Made by a program: the position numbers and the translations under genes. A DNA stretch of 64,000 nt from Macrostomum lignano. Taxonomy: Eukaryota. The notes below the pieces were generated by a model. That model saw only the letters and a program-made list of their open reading frames with translations, was not told the DNA's origin and ran no database searches. The stretch lies in NCBI GenBank assembly GCA_002269645.1, contig NIVC01000237.1:124001-188000 (forward strand), given 5' to 3'. Positions 48,801-59,400 of this stretch are shown here, one piece after another (within the stretch, counting starts at the first letter, position 1; each line of letters starts with the position of its first letter).

Positions 48801-51438
48801 AGCTGGCACCGGAGATCTCGGCTGACGAGGTGTTCAACCCAACCAAGCGGTGGCGCTACGTGCAGCAGCTGGTGCAGTCGTTTTGGCGGCGATGGCTCCG
48901 AGAGTGGCTGCCCGGCCTCGGTGCGAGAACCAAATGGCGGCGAGAGCAGCCCGACCTCAAGCCCGGGGACGTCGTGCTGTATGTCTGTCCGGACAGCCCT
49001 CGGGGTCACTGGCCTCTGGCTCGAGTCCTGGAGGTGTACCCGGGTCGAGACGGCCATGTTCGAGTAGCAAAGGTGCAGCTAGCGGACAAGGTTCTGACGC
49101 GGCCAATCAACAGACTGTGCCCATTGATTACTGATTGAAGGCTGACTATGACTCACTGATCGATGGACTGTAACTGTTAATCCCCGTGTCGATTCGTATT
49201 TTCATTTTCGTCATTCTGTCATTATCATTTTTGTCGCTTTCTAGACAGTGTTTTTTTCGGTGTGCGAATGATTACTTAGTTTTAGTTTGTTTGTTTGTCG
49301 AATACGTTTATTTCGATCATGTTTAAATTTTGAGTTTGGTGTTTGCCTTCGTAATTTAGGTTGTTAATTTTTTTGAATCGATTATTATTTATATCGTAAT
49401 CCAAATTTAACCATGTTGCATCGCGATTTCACGTTGTCCTTTGTCTTGTAATCACATCACTCTCTGGTAATGGGTTGATTGTCTTAAAATCATTTTCCGT
49501 GAAATGCTATACAACTGCAGTTTATGTTTCGAACTCAAGCGCGTTTCTTTTCTTTTTCTACATTTTTTCGTTACTGTAACAGAGCCCAGCAAGACAATTT
49601 TGTTTAGTCACGTTTTGTACTAGTACGAAATGCGTAAGCAGTGCGTCATATTTATTTTGTTCTGCATCCGCTTATAGGTTTTGCTTCCACTGCCACTCGT
49701 TTTCGAAATTTAATTTTGCATCGTTTTTTTGTTTTTGCCATAGACATGTCAAGGTGGGGGGTATGTTCTGGAGCTGCCACTGTTTTGCAATATTTATTGT
49801 TCCCTTTTGTCTATGGTTTCCGGCATTCATACTTGCGGTAACAATTTAATTGTTTGTCGGCTTTTTTCGATTGTTGCCGGATTTCAGACGAATGTATTTG
49901 GCTATCAAAACAAGGAACAACAATAGCAACACGGCGAAAGTGCTTTCGAAGGGATGAATAGAAAAGCCTCAGATAATCGTTCAAAAATCGATCCGGAACA
50001 CGCTCAAACTCCTGGCAGAGCCCCTTCTCGTTGAGGAACTGTCGGAACCTTGCCACGTGAAGCTTCCGTTGCGTCTCGGTCGATTTCGGCACTGAGTCAC
50101 TCTCAAGTCGGTCCAACATTTCCAGATCTTCGCTACCTAGCTCAGGCAGCCCGTTGGAACTGGACGACGCATCCAGGTTGTCCATCTCCAGAACGTAGCG
50201 CGTGCTCGACTCTCGGGTGACAAAAGCCAACTCGTCCGTGGAGAGTCCACATATTTCTCCGCCAGGAATGTTTGCGTAGCGAATCATAGCTACTTTTCCT
50301 ATTTGCACTCCGAATAGGAGAATTAATTCAAGCTCAAAATCAACTTGAGAATTAACTCATGGCAGCCAGGCTAGCTGTCTTCACTGTCCTTTAAATTTGC
50401 CATAAACGATTAATTATCTCTACAACCCTTTCATTTAGAGAGCAACTAAATTTGCCATAGACGATTGATTATCTCTACAACCCTTTCAAAGCGCATTCCG
50501 GCAACAATCGCATTTCATACTCAGCATCCGCACTATGTCTGGGCCATAGACAAGGGAAGTCAAAAGGGTACAATAATGACATGTACCGATTTTTTTCGGC
50601 AGCAATTGCTCTACTAAGCTTCAGCAGCTACGCGGCTTCAGCTTACGCAATTGCTGCCGAAAAAAATCGATATATATCGTTACATTGTACTTGTTCGTTG
50701 CAATCATTAATTGTACGCTCAATTAGGCTAACATATTTATTTTGCTCATACATACAGTCCCTAATTATTGATCGCACCACTTTCATTCTTCACTGATCGC
50801 CCCACCCCACATTACGCTCACGTGTATTGTACGCTTTCACTCAGCTCATTAAATATATCGACCCAGAGCATCTCGCTCAAAAGGCCTTTTCGTTTTTCAT
50901 CGTTGCAATAGCGCAGCATATAGTTTGTCTTTCATCTCGAGTTATTCTAGCAACCAGATAGTTGATTGCTTTTATTGGGCTGTCGGCTGCGAATCACTGA
51001 TGCGTCAGGTCGTTGGTTAGGAGTTGTCAGGCTCTAATCTGCTAGGGGCCAGGTTCTAATCTACAACTACAAGGTGTCAAGTTCTAAACGGTGAGGTGTG
51101 TCAGGCTCTAATCGGTGAGGTGTGTCAGGCTCTAATCGGTGAGGTGTGTCAGGCTTTAATTGGAGAGGTGTGTCAGGCTCTAATCGGAGAGGCGTGTCAG
51201 GCTCTAATCAGTGAGGCGTGTCAGTCTCTAATCGGAGAGGCGTGTCAGGCTCTAATCGGTGAGACGTGTCAGTCTCTAATCGGAGAGGTGTCAGGCTCTA
51301 ATCGGTGATGCGTGTCAGGTTCTAATATATGTATGAGATATCAATGAGGTGTCAGGTCTCGAACTTACACGGACAAGCCTGAGCGGATGAAGTGAAGCAC
51401 GCAGCTATCAGGAGAAATGGAAGCAGAAAACTGAGCAT
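42806..51438 (-). CDS. Secreted single-WSC-domain protein 3 (141 aa, 2 exons; intron contains the BEL element)
   Basis: Exon 1 at 51438-51369 (MLSFLLPFLLIAACFTSSAQA-CP) with a GTAAGT donor. Acceptor CTCTGCAG precedes exon 2 at 43161-42806 (...GCYKDD...GCNSMC...DCWCG...LCKIQCPG...TCGG). The phase-1 junction restores the frame. Confidence 0.82.
43543..43560 (+). other. Primer-binding site TGGTAGCAGAGCGTGGTT (initiator tRNA-Met)
   Basis: Complementary to the ...CUCUGCUA-CCA 3' end of animal tRNAi-Met (established knowledge); lies 2 nt after the LTR. Confidence 0.88.
43605..49138 (+). CDS. gag-pol: BEL/Pao gag-pol polyprotein (DUF1759-type Gag, zinc knuckles, protease, RT, Pao RNase H, integrase) with one 1-nt frameshift
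   Basis: CVVCKEAH/CFRCLGHGH/CGVDGCTKSHHRLLH; LLDDAS; RIVFDAS, YMDD; HCFVDASEKAYG...AKSRVAP. SIPRL(E)L is broken by a 1-nt deletion at ~47217. Integrase: HHEKAYH...CAEC, IDFGG, SDNG, HESMI. Confidence 0.93.
49801..50688 (-). mobile_element. Non-autonomous Crypton-like (tyrosine-recombinase DNA transposon) derivative inserted in the BEL 3' LTR
   Basis: It is absent from the 5' LTR and flanked by a duplicated ATTGT. Minus ORF 50308-49811 contains VPKSTETQRKLHVARFRQFLNEKG...LNDYLRLFYSSLRK, matching the N-terminal region upstream of DUF3504 in Crypton/ZMYM/QRICH1/KCTD1-type proteins. The catalytic domain is deleted. Subterminal inverted repeats and a terminal hairpin are present. Confidence 0.72.
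51075..51320. repeat. 22-bp minisatellite (GTGTCAGGCTCTAATCGGTGAG) in the WSC3 intron
   Basis: About 11 copies; same family as 53765-54085. Confidence 0.9.
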
Positions 51439-52344
51439 GGTTCTCTGACAGAATTAATTTGCGTATCTTAGACACAAGAGTTGTATATTTTACTATCAAA
51501 CCTTAAAAAGTGGAGTTTGACTGAATGCCAAATTGGCAAAAGTTGTCTGGTTTTGCCAGCAGTTTACCATAGACATACTTCATAATTAGCTTTTTAACTG
51601 CTTTATTTAGCTGAATCTAATTGTCACGAGCATATTGAATCAGTTTAGATGGGTTTTCAGATGTACACCAACCTTTCAACCGCGCCTTTCCAACCCATCC
51701 GCCCTAAATTTTATTGCCTTTTTTGGAATTCCAGCCTAAAGCTGCCATGTACATTTCAGTGGACTGGCTAAATGTACATTATGGCTGAACCAATTAGCAA
51801 GCTGTTTACGCCTGCAAGCTTCGGCTTCTAAACTTATCAAAGTCATTTCAGCTGCCTTCATTTTTATAAAATAGCTTATGTATTCTTCTTTGCTACTGAA
51901 CTGAAAGTAGAAAGCTGTTTTACTAAGTATATGCGCCTAAGTAGCCCATCCAGTTTAATTTTAATTTGTAATCAAATTCGGACAGCTAAAGCGCATGTAA
52001 ACTAGACTAAAAGTACATAAATTTAGCTGCAAGTTTATGTCGCACTCTGTCGTCTTGGGGGTTGGCCCTTCATTAGCATGAATCAAATGACAAGCCCCAG
52101 ACCAATAGTGACTTGTCATTTGGCAGACAAAATTGTCCATGGGCTGATAAAATTGTCCATCAGGAGAAAAAAACGTCCGTGGGCGGATAAAATTGTCCAG
52201 TAGAATAATCTTCTCAGACGATATCCAGAGTCATCATCCAAACACCACCTGGACTCAAAAGACTGGACAAGGAAACCTTCTTCCTTTAAACGAGCCTAGA
52301 CTGCAATACCCCGGTCTACCTGAGAGACCATCTGGAGGCACATA

Positions 52345-52457
52345 TCGTACATCAAGTACATTAAGTACATCAAGTACATTAAGTACATTAAGTACATCAA
52401 GTACATCAAGTACATCAAGTACATTAAGTACATTAAGTACATCAAGTACATTAAGTA
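52345..52457. repeat. 9-bp tandem repeat (TACAT(C/T)AAG)n
   Basis: About 12 copies. Confidence 0.92.
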
Positions 52458-53059
52458 GCCTGTGTGGCTCTTCATTTCACTGAATTGCGGAATACAAATT
52501 GCGCGTTAAAGAGTTCCAATATCAGATAGGTCCGCTTAGGGCCAAGAAAATCCAAAATCAAGCATACATCATATTAAAGGTAAAATTTCTCTTTTGTGGA
52601 AGCTTCCCTTTCATTGATAAGAAAATATTCTTTTTACCCGTGGCATCAATTCAATCATATCTGTAGCTCTGATCCCCGCTTTTTGGAGAACGTATTTCCA
52701 AAAATATTTTTTTATAGTAGCTATAGAGAGCCATCCTTCTCTTGCATGTCGCTATATGCAAAACCGTCTTCATCTCGGTCTTAACCTGGATAAGTCATGC
52801 TTGTTGGCCTTGCATCTGCATGTTTCGACTGATGTTTGTGGAGAAATAAATAATATGATTATAAGACTGCAAACTGTTGTTCTTGTAAATAGTTTGAGTT
52901 GAAGTTTGCTACTCATCAGCACTTTACGCTCGCGGTTCAATTGTATGAACTCCGGTCAAAAGCAGAATTACCCGAAAACAGGCGTAAATGGATTTCGCAA
53001 CATCAGGCGGCGGCCGACCACTTGGCTCTGCCGCCGCCTGAAAAGACGATGGTTGCTTT

Positions 53060-53159
53060 CAGGATTCTCAAGTACACAACTCCTGGGAACTTCTTTCAGG
53101 GAACAAACTGTGGATTCGCGACTCACACTGAGAAGAACAGCTGGGACAGGTGCAGCTAA
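53060..53159 (+). pseudogene. Relic fragment of a WSC2-type exon
   Basis: ACTGAGAAGAACAGCTGGGACAGGTGC (EKNSWDRC*) resembles WSC2 ATTGAGAAGAACAGCTGGGACAAGTGC (EKNSWDKC); it stops immediately afterwards. Confidence 0.5.
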
Positions 53160-53296
53160 GGTCAGCTTAGGACGGACCGATAAACACATTTGTACTAGAA
53201 AAAAAATTCTAAACTTAAAATCCATCTTCTATCTACATGTATTCTAGAGGCTGTCAAAAATAATGAGTTTAGTCTCCTGACATCAGTGCCATCCAG

Positions 53297-54185
53297 TCAG
53301 ACCACGGTGTACACAGCATTAAGGAAGTAACCGCCGCAGGTCTCGCTGGGCTTGCCTGGGCACTGGATTTTGCACAGGTCGTCGTCAACTTTGCCGTACT
53401 TGCCGAACGCGTTGCCGCACCAGCAGTCGTAGTTTTGAACGCCGAAGAATCTGAGCTTCTTTAGCCGGCACATGGAATTGCAGCCCAGAATGGTGAGCAT
53501 GTTGCTCCTGCCGCCAAGGACAGGGAAGTCCTTCTTGACTGGGTCGTCCTTGTAGCAGCCATTGTAACCTGGCCTTGCTTCCATGGCTCTGTAGCCCATG
53601 TAGCCGTATTGCAGTACATCAAATGCTGCGCCAACAGCTGGATTGGGAAGTTTGCAGGGGGCGGCTGGTGAAGGATCTAGTTGGTTGCTTTATTGCGGTG
53701 TCGGTTGCTAATGGATGATGAGTCAGGGTGTTGTCTAAGAGGTGGTCAGACTCTAATTAACAAGTTTGTCAGGCTCTAATCGGTGAGGTGTCAGGCTTTA
53801 ATCGGTGAGTTGTGTCAGGCTCTAATCGGTGAGGTGTCAGGCTTTAATCGGTGAGTTGTGTCAGGCTCTAATCGATTGGGTGTGTCAGGCTCTAATCGTT
53901 TGGGTGTGTCAGACTCTAATCGGTGGGGTGTGTCAGACTCTAATCGGTGAGGTGTGTCAGTCTCTAATGAGGTGCGTCAGGCTCTAATCGGTGGGGTGTG
54001 TCAGACTCTAACCGGTGGGTGTGTCAGACTCTAATGAGGTGCGTCAGGCTCTAATCGGTGGGGTGTGTCAGACTCTAATTGGTGAGGCGTAAGGTCTCGA
54101 ACTCACCCTGACAGGCCTGAGCGGATAAAGTGAAGCACGCAGCCGTCAGGAGAAACGCAGAGAGAAAACCGACAGCCAAGCGCAT
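53297..54185 (-). CDS. Secreted single-WSC-domain protein 4 (139 aa, 2 exons)
   Basis: Exon 1 at 54185-54107 (MRLAVGFLSAFLLTAACFTLSAQA-CQ) with a GTGAGT donor; acceptor AATCCAG; exon 2 at 53637-53297. The WSC region is protein-identical to WSC3. Confidence 0.85.
53765..54085. repeat. 22-bp minisatellite in the WSC4 intron (homologous to the WSC3 intron array)
   Basis: About 15 copies of GTGTCAG(G/A)CTCTAATCGGTG. Confidence 0.9.
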
Positions 54186-56465
54186 GACGCTCTGACTTGG
54201 CTGAAATCGAATTTGTGTGCGTATCGCAAGAATAGCTTGCTGTTTATTTTAAAATCAATCCGTATGAAGCTGCTTCACAGAATGCCAATTGGCAAAGCAA
54301 TTATCTCGCTTTGGCAGAGCAGTTTTACCATAGACATACTTTTCATTAGTTTATTAATTTGCTAAATCTAATTGCTATGTTAAGAGGGCTCTAGGATGCG
54401 TACGGAGTCGCTAACTCGCACTGGGAGTACAACGGCCTGGCTTTCTCCGTCGTATTGTGCACACAATCGAGGAGAGCTAAAATGCATGTAAACAAGACGA
54501 AGGCAAAAAAAATTGGCTGTACGTTTACATCGCACGACAAGCTGCCCGAGACCAATCAATATTTGTGCATCGGGTCCCAAATTTATTTTTTGACGCCGCA
54601 CCAAATAGAACCCGCGACGGCTTTGGTGAGAAAGTCAGATGCGCGTTAGCTCTGAGCTGATCTGCTCCGAGTGGTAGGGGCGAAAGTTGGATATGAAAGT
54701 TAGGGAACCAGGAGTGAGTGGTCCTGAAACAACGTTGTCGTTGTCTGGTAGAGCGTTGTCTCTGATACAGTGTTATGTCTGGTAGAGCTAGAGTCTCTAA
54801 AACTGTCTCTTTCACTTCCTCCATAATACTCCAGAAATAGTATGATTAAGAGACTGAGTATTGAGACCAATGAAGAACATGACATCTGGTGTTCTTTCCC
54901 GCATGAAAAATTGAGCAACGCTGGAGACCTGCACATGCCAGAGAGTCTTCTATCGCACAGGCTGCAGCGACAAAAAGATGCAACGTGATGCGTCTGCTCA
55001 ATGATGCGAAAAAGCTTTTGTCAGTATGAGTTCCGTATGAGGATGCCGTCGCTGAAGGCCAAAACAATCGAAGCAGTTCAACAGACCTGCCTCGGTGTTG
55101 CCAGATCGAAGTTACAGATCCAGATCGAGGACGAAGTTCTGGTGGCCAGCCATAGATAAGGACATAGAGAGCACAATCAGAAAGTGTGGCAAATGGCAAA
55201 ATCGTCGAATAAAGTGTTTTTTTGTTCGTGGCCAGAAACTTCAAAACTTACCAGTATTTTAGGTTTGTCCTGTGCGTGTGTGCAACGGCCATTTTTGAAA
55301 AATAAAATTGATAAAAACATAAGAAGCGCGATCAGTTGCATATGAGTCTGCTGGTGTTAATTTTTTATTTAAAAATGCAAAGGCTTTAAAAGAGGACCAA
55401 AAAATTACCTAGCATCGAACAAAGACTTCGCATCTAGGTGCCTTTCTTCCGAAGTCTTGGCCAAGCTTTGCCGACATTGACGTACGAGCCAATGACCAAT
55501 TTCGTTGGACCGTCGTCACAGTCGACCAGGGCTTTCTGAATAGCCGGTGTGAAATCCATTGCTGGTCTAAAAGACCCTTTTGAAGGAAACCTTCTTAATG
55601 CCCACGAGTTTCTATGGGCACGAAGCGAGCTTCACAAACAAAAAAAGTAAGCATCTTCCTCAGACATGCCTGTGAGCTCGAGTACGCTTGTTTGGTCATG
55701 CCGAGTCTGCGTTTTCTTTTCCTGCTTTTCGCCGAAGGTTCGCCGTAGCTTAGGAACTTCTCATAGCGTTTGCGAAGAGCATCAGCTGACACGCTTGCCC
55801 AAGAGCTTCCTAGCTGATTGATGAGGCGTTCTCGGACTCGACTTTAGTCCACGCCGACTCGCCGAGGGCCTGTATCAGTGTGTTATGGGAAGGCTAAAGC
55901 GCAGACCTAAAACGCGATTTCACGTCCACGGAACTGACTATGGTTGCAACCCACATAGAGTTTGAAGCCTTCGTCTCCCTTGTATTCTCTCTCCGCCCTC
56001 AGAAAGTCTGTATGTCTATGGTTAAAAATGCATCCCGAAAAAGACCATCGCATAGATCTTCCTAGATAAGCCACTCTCAATGCATGCAATAGGAAAAGAC
56101 CGACCACCCAAATTTCAAGAAAAATTTAATTAAGCCGACAGCGTTTGAGACAAGTCTGAGGGCTTGAGGGCTTAACGTTTCTTGTATTTCGTTTTCATGG
56201 TTAACTTTTTTGTTTGAATAACAATTTTTCATTAGTTGATTTAAGTGAAATATACGACATCCTTTGCAAGCGTTATACTGAAAATAGCTAAAGATACCTT
56301 TAGAAATTTCTTAATACGCGCACAAGCTACTGACCTGATACCGTGTTTGCAAAAATTTTCAAGAAAGACGAAGGATCTATGGGGCATGCTGGTGGTCGCT
56401 GAGTGGCTTATCTAGGGAACATAAGATCTGTGGGACAATCGTAGGGATTTAAGTAGAAGACATAG

Positions 56466-59400
56466 TGTTGTGGGTTGATGGCTTTGCCATAGACATTTTT
56501 GTTACGCGACTGCGTTGATGAATTGAACCATGCTATTGAGTTATGAAATAAATAATAGACGCGTCAGAGGTCAGCAGACCGCTAGACTGACAATTGCTAA
56601 AGGCTAAAGCCAAAAGCACAACAGTGGCGTCGGCAAGCATAGGCTACGAAAATGCCTGGAAGTACGCCAGCATTGCCAACTAAAGGAGTTGGTAAAACGG
56701 TTTCGAGCGACAAAGCACCACCGCTTGCGATCTCGTCGAAATCAGTCCAAGCGACAAAGTCGGCAACAGCGACAGCGCAGAACCCAAGCGCACAAGTATC
56801 GAGAGGACAGCAAGTTGACATCGAAAAACTCGATGAAAGTTCGAACTTCCAGAGGTGTTTGGACCGATTCACACTGTGCAGTGAACTCAACGGCTGGCAG
56901 GACGACACGAAAAACAAGCTGCTGCTGATGAAGCTCAGCACCAAGCTGTACGACGCATTGGCAGATCGAGCCGCTCCCAAGAAGCCGGGAGAAAAGAGCT
57001 TCGATGAACTGACCAAACTACTGGCCAGCATCCTGGAACCAAAGACGTTCGTCATGGCTGAGAGATTCAATTTCCAGCACATCACTCGCACGGCATCAAT
57101 GAGCATTCGTGAGTATGCACAGCAACTCTGCATGCAGGCAGACAAGTGTCAGTTTGGCTTATCCAGAGATGAGAGACTGAGAGATCAGCTCGTATTCGGT
57201 TTGAATGACAAGGTGGCCATCAGAAAGTTATTGGAACAGGACTTCAGCACTCTCACGTTTGAGACAGCTATCAACATCGCTGAGGCGCACCAGAACATAT
57301 CACAAACGCAAATACTAAATGGTTGCACCAGTCAGCCGCAGTCTTCTGAAGTAATGAAAATTTCAGCATCGGTGGCCAGAGGCTCCCACTCTACAAGCTC
57401 CAAGTGTGGCAGATGTGGCACAATGCATGGCTCCAATGGAGGGTGTCCTGCGAAAGGAAAAACGTGCAACAAATGTGGCATGCAAAACTACTTCGCAACA
57501 GTTTGCAAAACGAAATCAACTGGTTTTGGCAAAGGCCGAAAATCGTTCAAAATCCCGTCAGCATCTGGTCAATTTAGGCGAGCTGCAGTGTGGCCAAGGA
57601 CCACAAGCTTTGTAGATGCAAGCGAAGCTGAACAGGAGGATTGTTTTCACATTCGACATCCCGTTGATAGCTACACCGTGCCTGTTAGGCTCAGACACAC
57701 GAGCGGGTCGATGCTTAGCGTGAACGCACAAATCGATACTGGGGCAGGAGTTTCGGTAATGTCAAAAACGATCTGGAAACGATTGGGTTGTCCAAAGCTG
57801 ACACCTACAGACACTGTTCTGACAACATACGCTGATACGCAGATGAAGGTCTTTGGAACACACGACACTGAGTTGGAGTACAATGACGAGTTCATTCCAA
57901 TCACATTCTTCATTGTGGAATCGCAGAGGAACTTTGTTCTGGTTGGCCGAGACAAGCTCAATTTCACGCTAAACGCTGTAGACAACAGCTGCACATCGGC
58001 AACCCAGTCATGCGAATTTCCACCAGTAACTCTTAAGATCAAGGAAGGAACCACTCCAATCCATTGCAAACCCAGGCCGCTACCCTTCGCACTCAGACAG
58101 GGAGTCAAGGATGAAATCGATCGGTTGCTTGAAGAAGACACCATCAAGCCCGTCAAGTTCAGTGAATGGGCCTCACCAATTGTCGTGGTCAAGAAACCTT
58201 CTGGAAAGCTCAGACTTTGCGTCGACTACAAGGTGACAATCAATTCTCATCTTATCAACTATTCATATCCGATGCCTGCACCTGACGAAGTGATTGCAAC
58301 TGCTGCTGGCAGCCGGATATACACTCGTCTGGACCTAGAGAAAGCTTATCACCAGATCCCACTAGATGAAGCTTCCAAAGAGCTGACAGTAATGTCAACA
58401 CCATTTGGGATGTTCGCTTTCAACAAGCTTCCGTTCGGAGTGAAAACAGCACCTGCGATCTTCCAGCGGCACATTAGCCAAGTCCTACAAGGAATTCCTG
58501 GCGTCATTGCCTACGTAGACGACATATTGAAATGCGGCAAAGGCGTAGAACAATTGGCAGTTCGTGAGACGGAAGTATTGCATCGACTAAACCAGCAAGG
58601 ATTGAAGATCAACACGGCGAAAAGTGAATTCCGCAAGACTTCGATCAAGTTTCTAGGCTACTTATTGGAAGGAGATCAGCTCAAGCCGGACCCAGCCAAA
58701 GTGAAGGCAATCCAGGACATGACACCACCGCAGAACGTTGGCGAGCTTGAATCCTTCCTGGGTCTCGTAAATTTTAGCGGCAAGTTCATCAGAAACCTAG
58801 CTGCACTGACCAAGCCTCTCAATCGACTAAGAAAGAAAAATGAGGACTTCGTGTGGACAAAGGAGTGTCAAATAGCATTTGAAGAAATCAAGGTCACTCT
58901 CTCTGATCAATCGAGTCTTCAAATATTTGATCCGGAGAAGCCCATTGAACTGGAATGCGACAGTTCTCAACGAGCTCTGGGCGGAGTGTTGACACAAAGC
59001 GGTCAAGTCGTGCTGTACATGAGCAAGACTCTGTCTGACTCCGAAACAAAATATTCGCAAATAGAGCGTGAAGGCCTGGCACTGGTTTGGTGCATTCAAA
59101 GATGCCATCGGTTCTTGTATGGCCGGAGGTTCACACTGATAACTGATCACCGGCCCCTCACATACATATTCGCGCCAGACAAACAGCTGCCCACCAGAGT
59201 TTCAGCTCGACTACAACGATGGGCAATCATGCTAGCTGCTTATGACTATGTCATACAGTATCGACCATCAAATCTAATGCTGTCGGATGCGCTATCTCGA
59301 CTGGTGCCCGCTAAGCCGAATGCACAGACAGCATCGATCGGACTCCTCGAAGCTGACAACCCCTGGGAGCGAGTGCACATTGATTTTGCCGGTCCGATAG

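Larger units (their letters stand above)
43236..50956 (+). mobile_element. BEL/Pao LTR retrotransposon, near-intact
   Basis: 5' LTR at 43236-43540 (TG...CA). The 3' LTR at 49764-50956 is interrupted by an insertion; the two LTRs differ at 1 of 305 bp. The 6-bp TSD GATAGT is at 43230-43235 and 50957-50962. PBS at 43543-43560; PPT AAGGTGGGGGG before the 3' LTR. Confidence 0.96.

Noticed and set aside
49139-49763. Possible env-like third ORF in the BEL element
   Set aside because: The region is T-rich and non-coding with no substantial ORF; it is a 3' UTR.
55560-55900. Protein-like minus-strand remnant (RVRERLINQLGSSW...LRKRYEKFLSYGEPSAKSRKRKRR), and a 16-bp inverted repeat at 56061-56076/56401-56416
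   Set aside because: It is probably transposon debris, but there is no diagnostic motif, TSD or complete ends, so no call is supportable.
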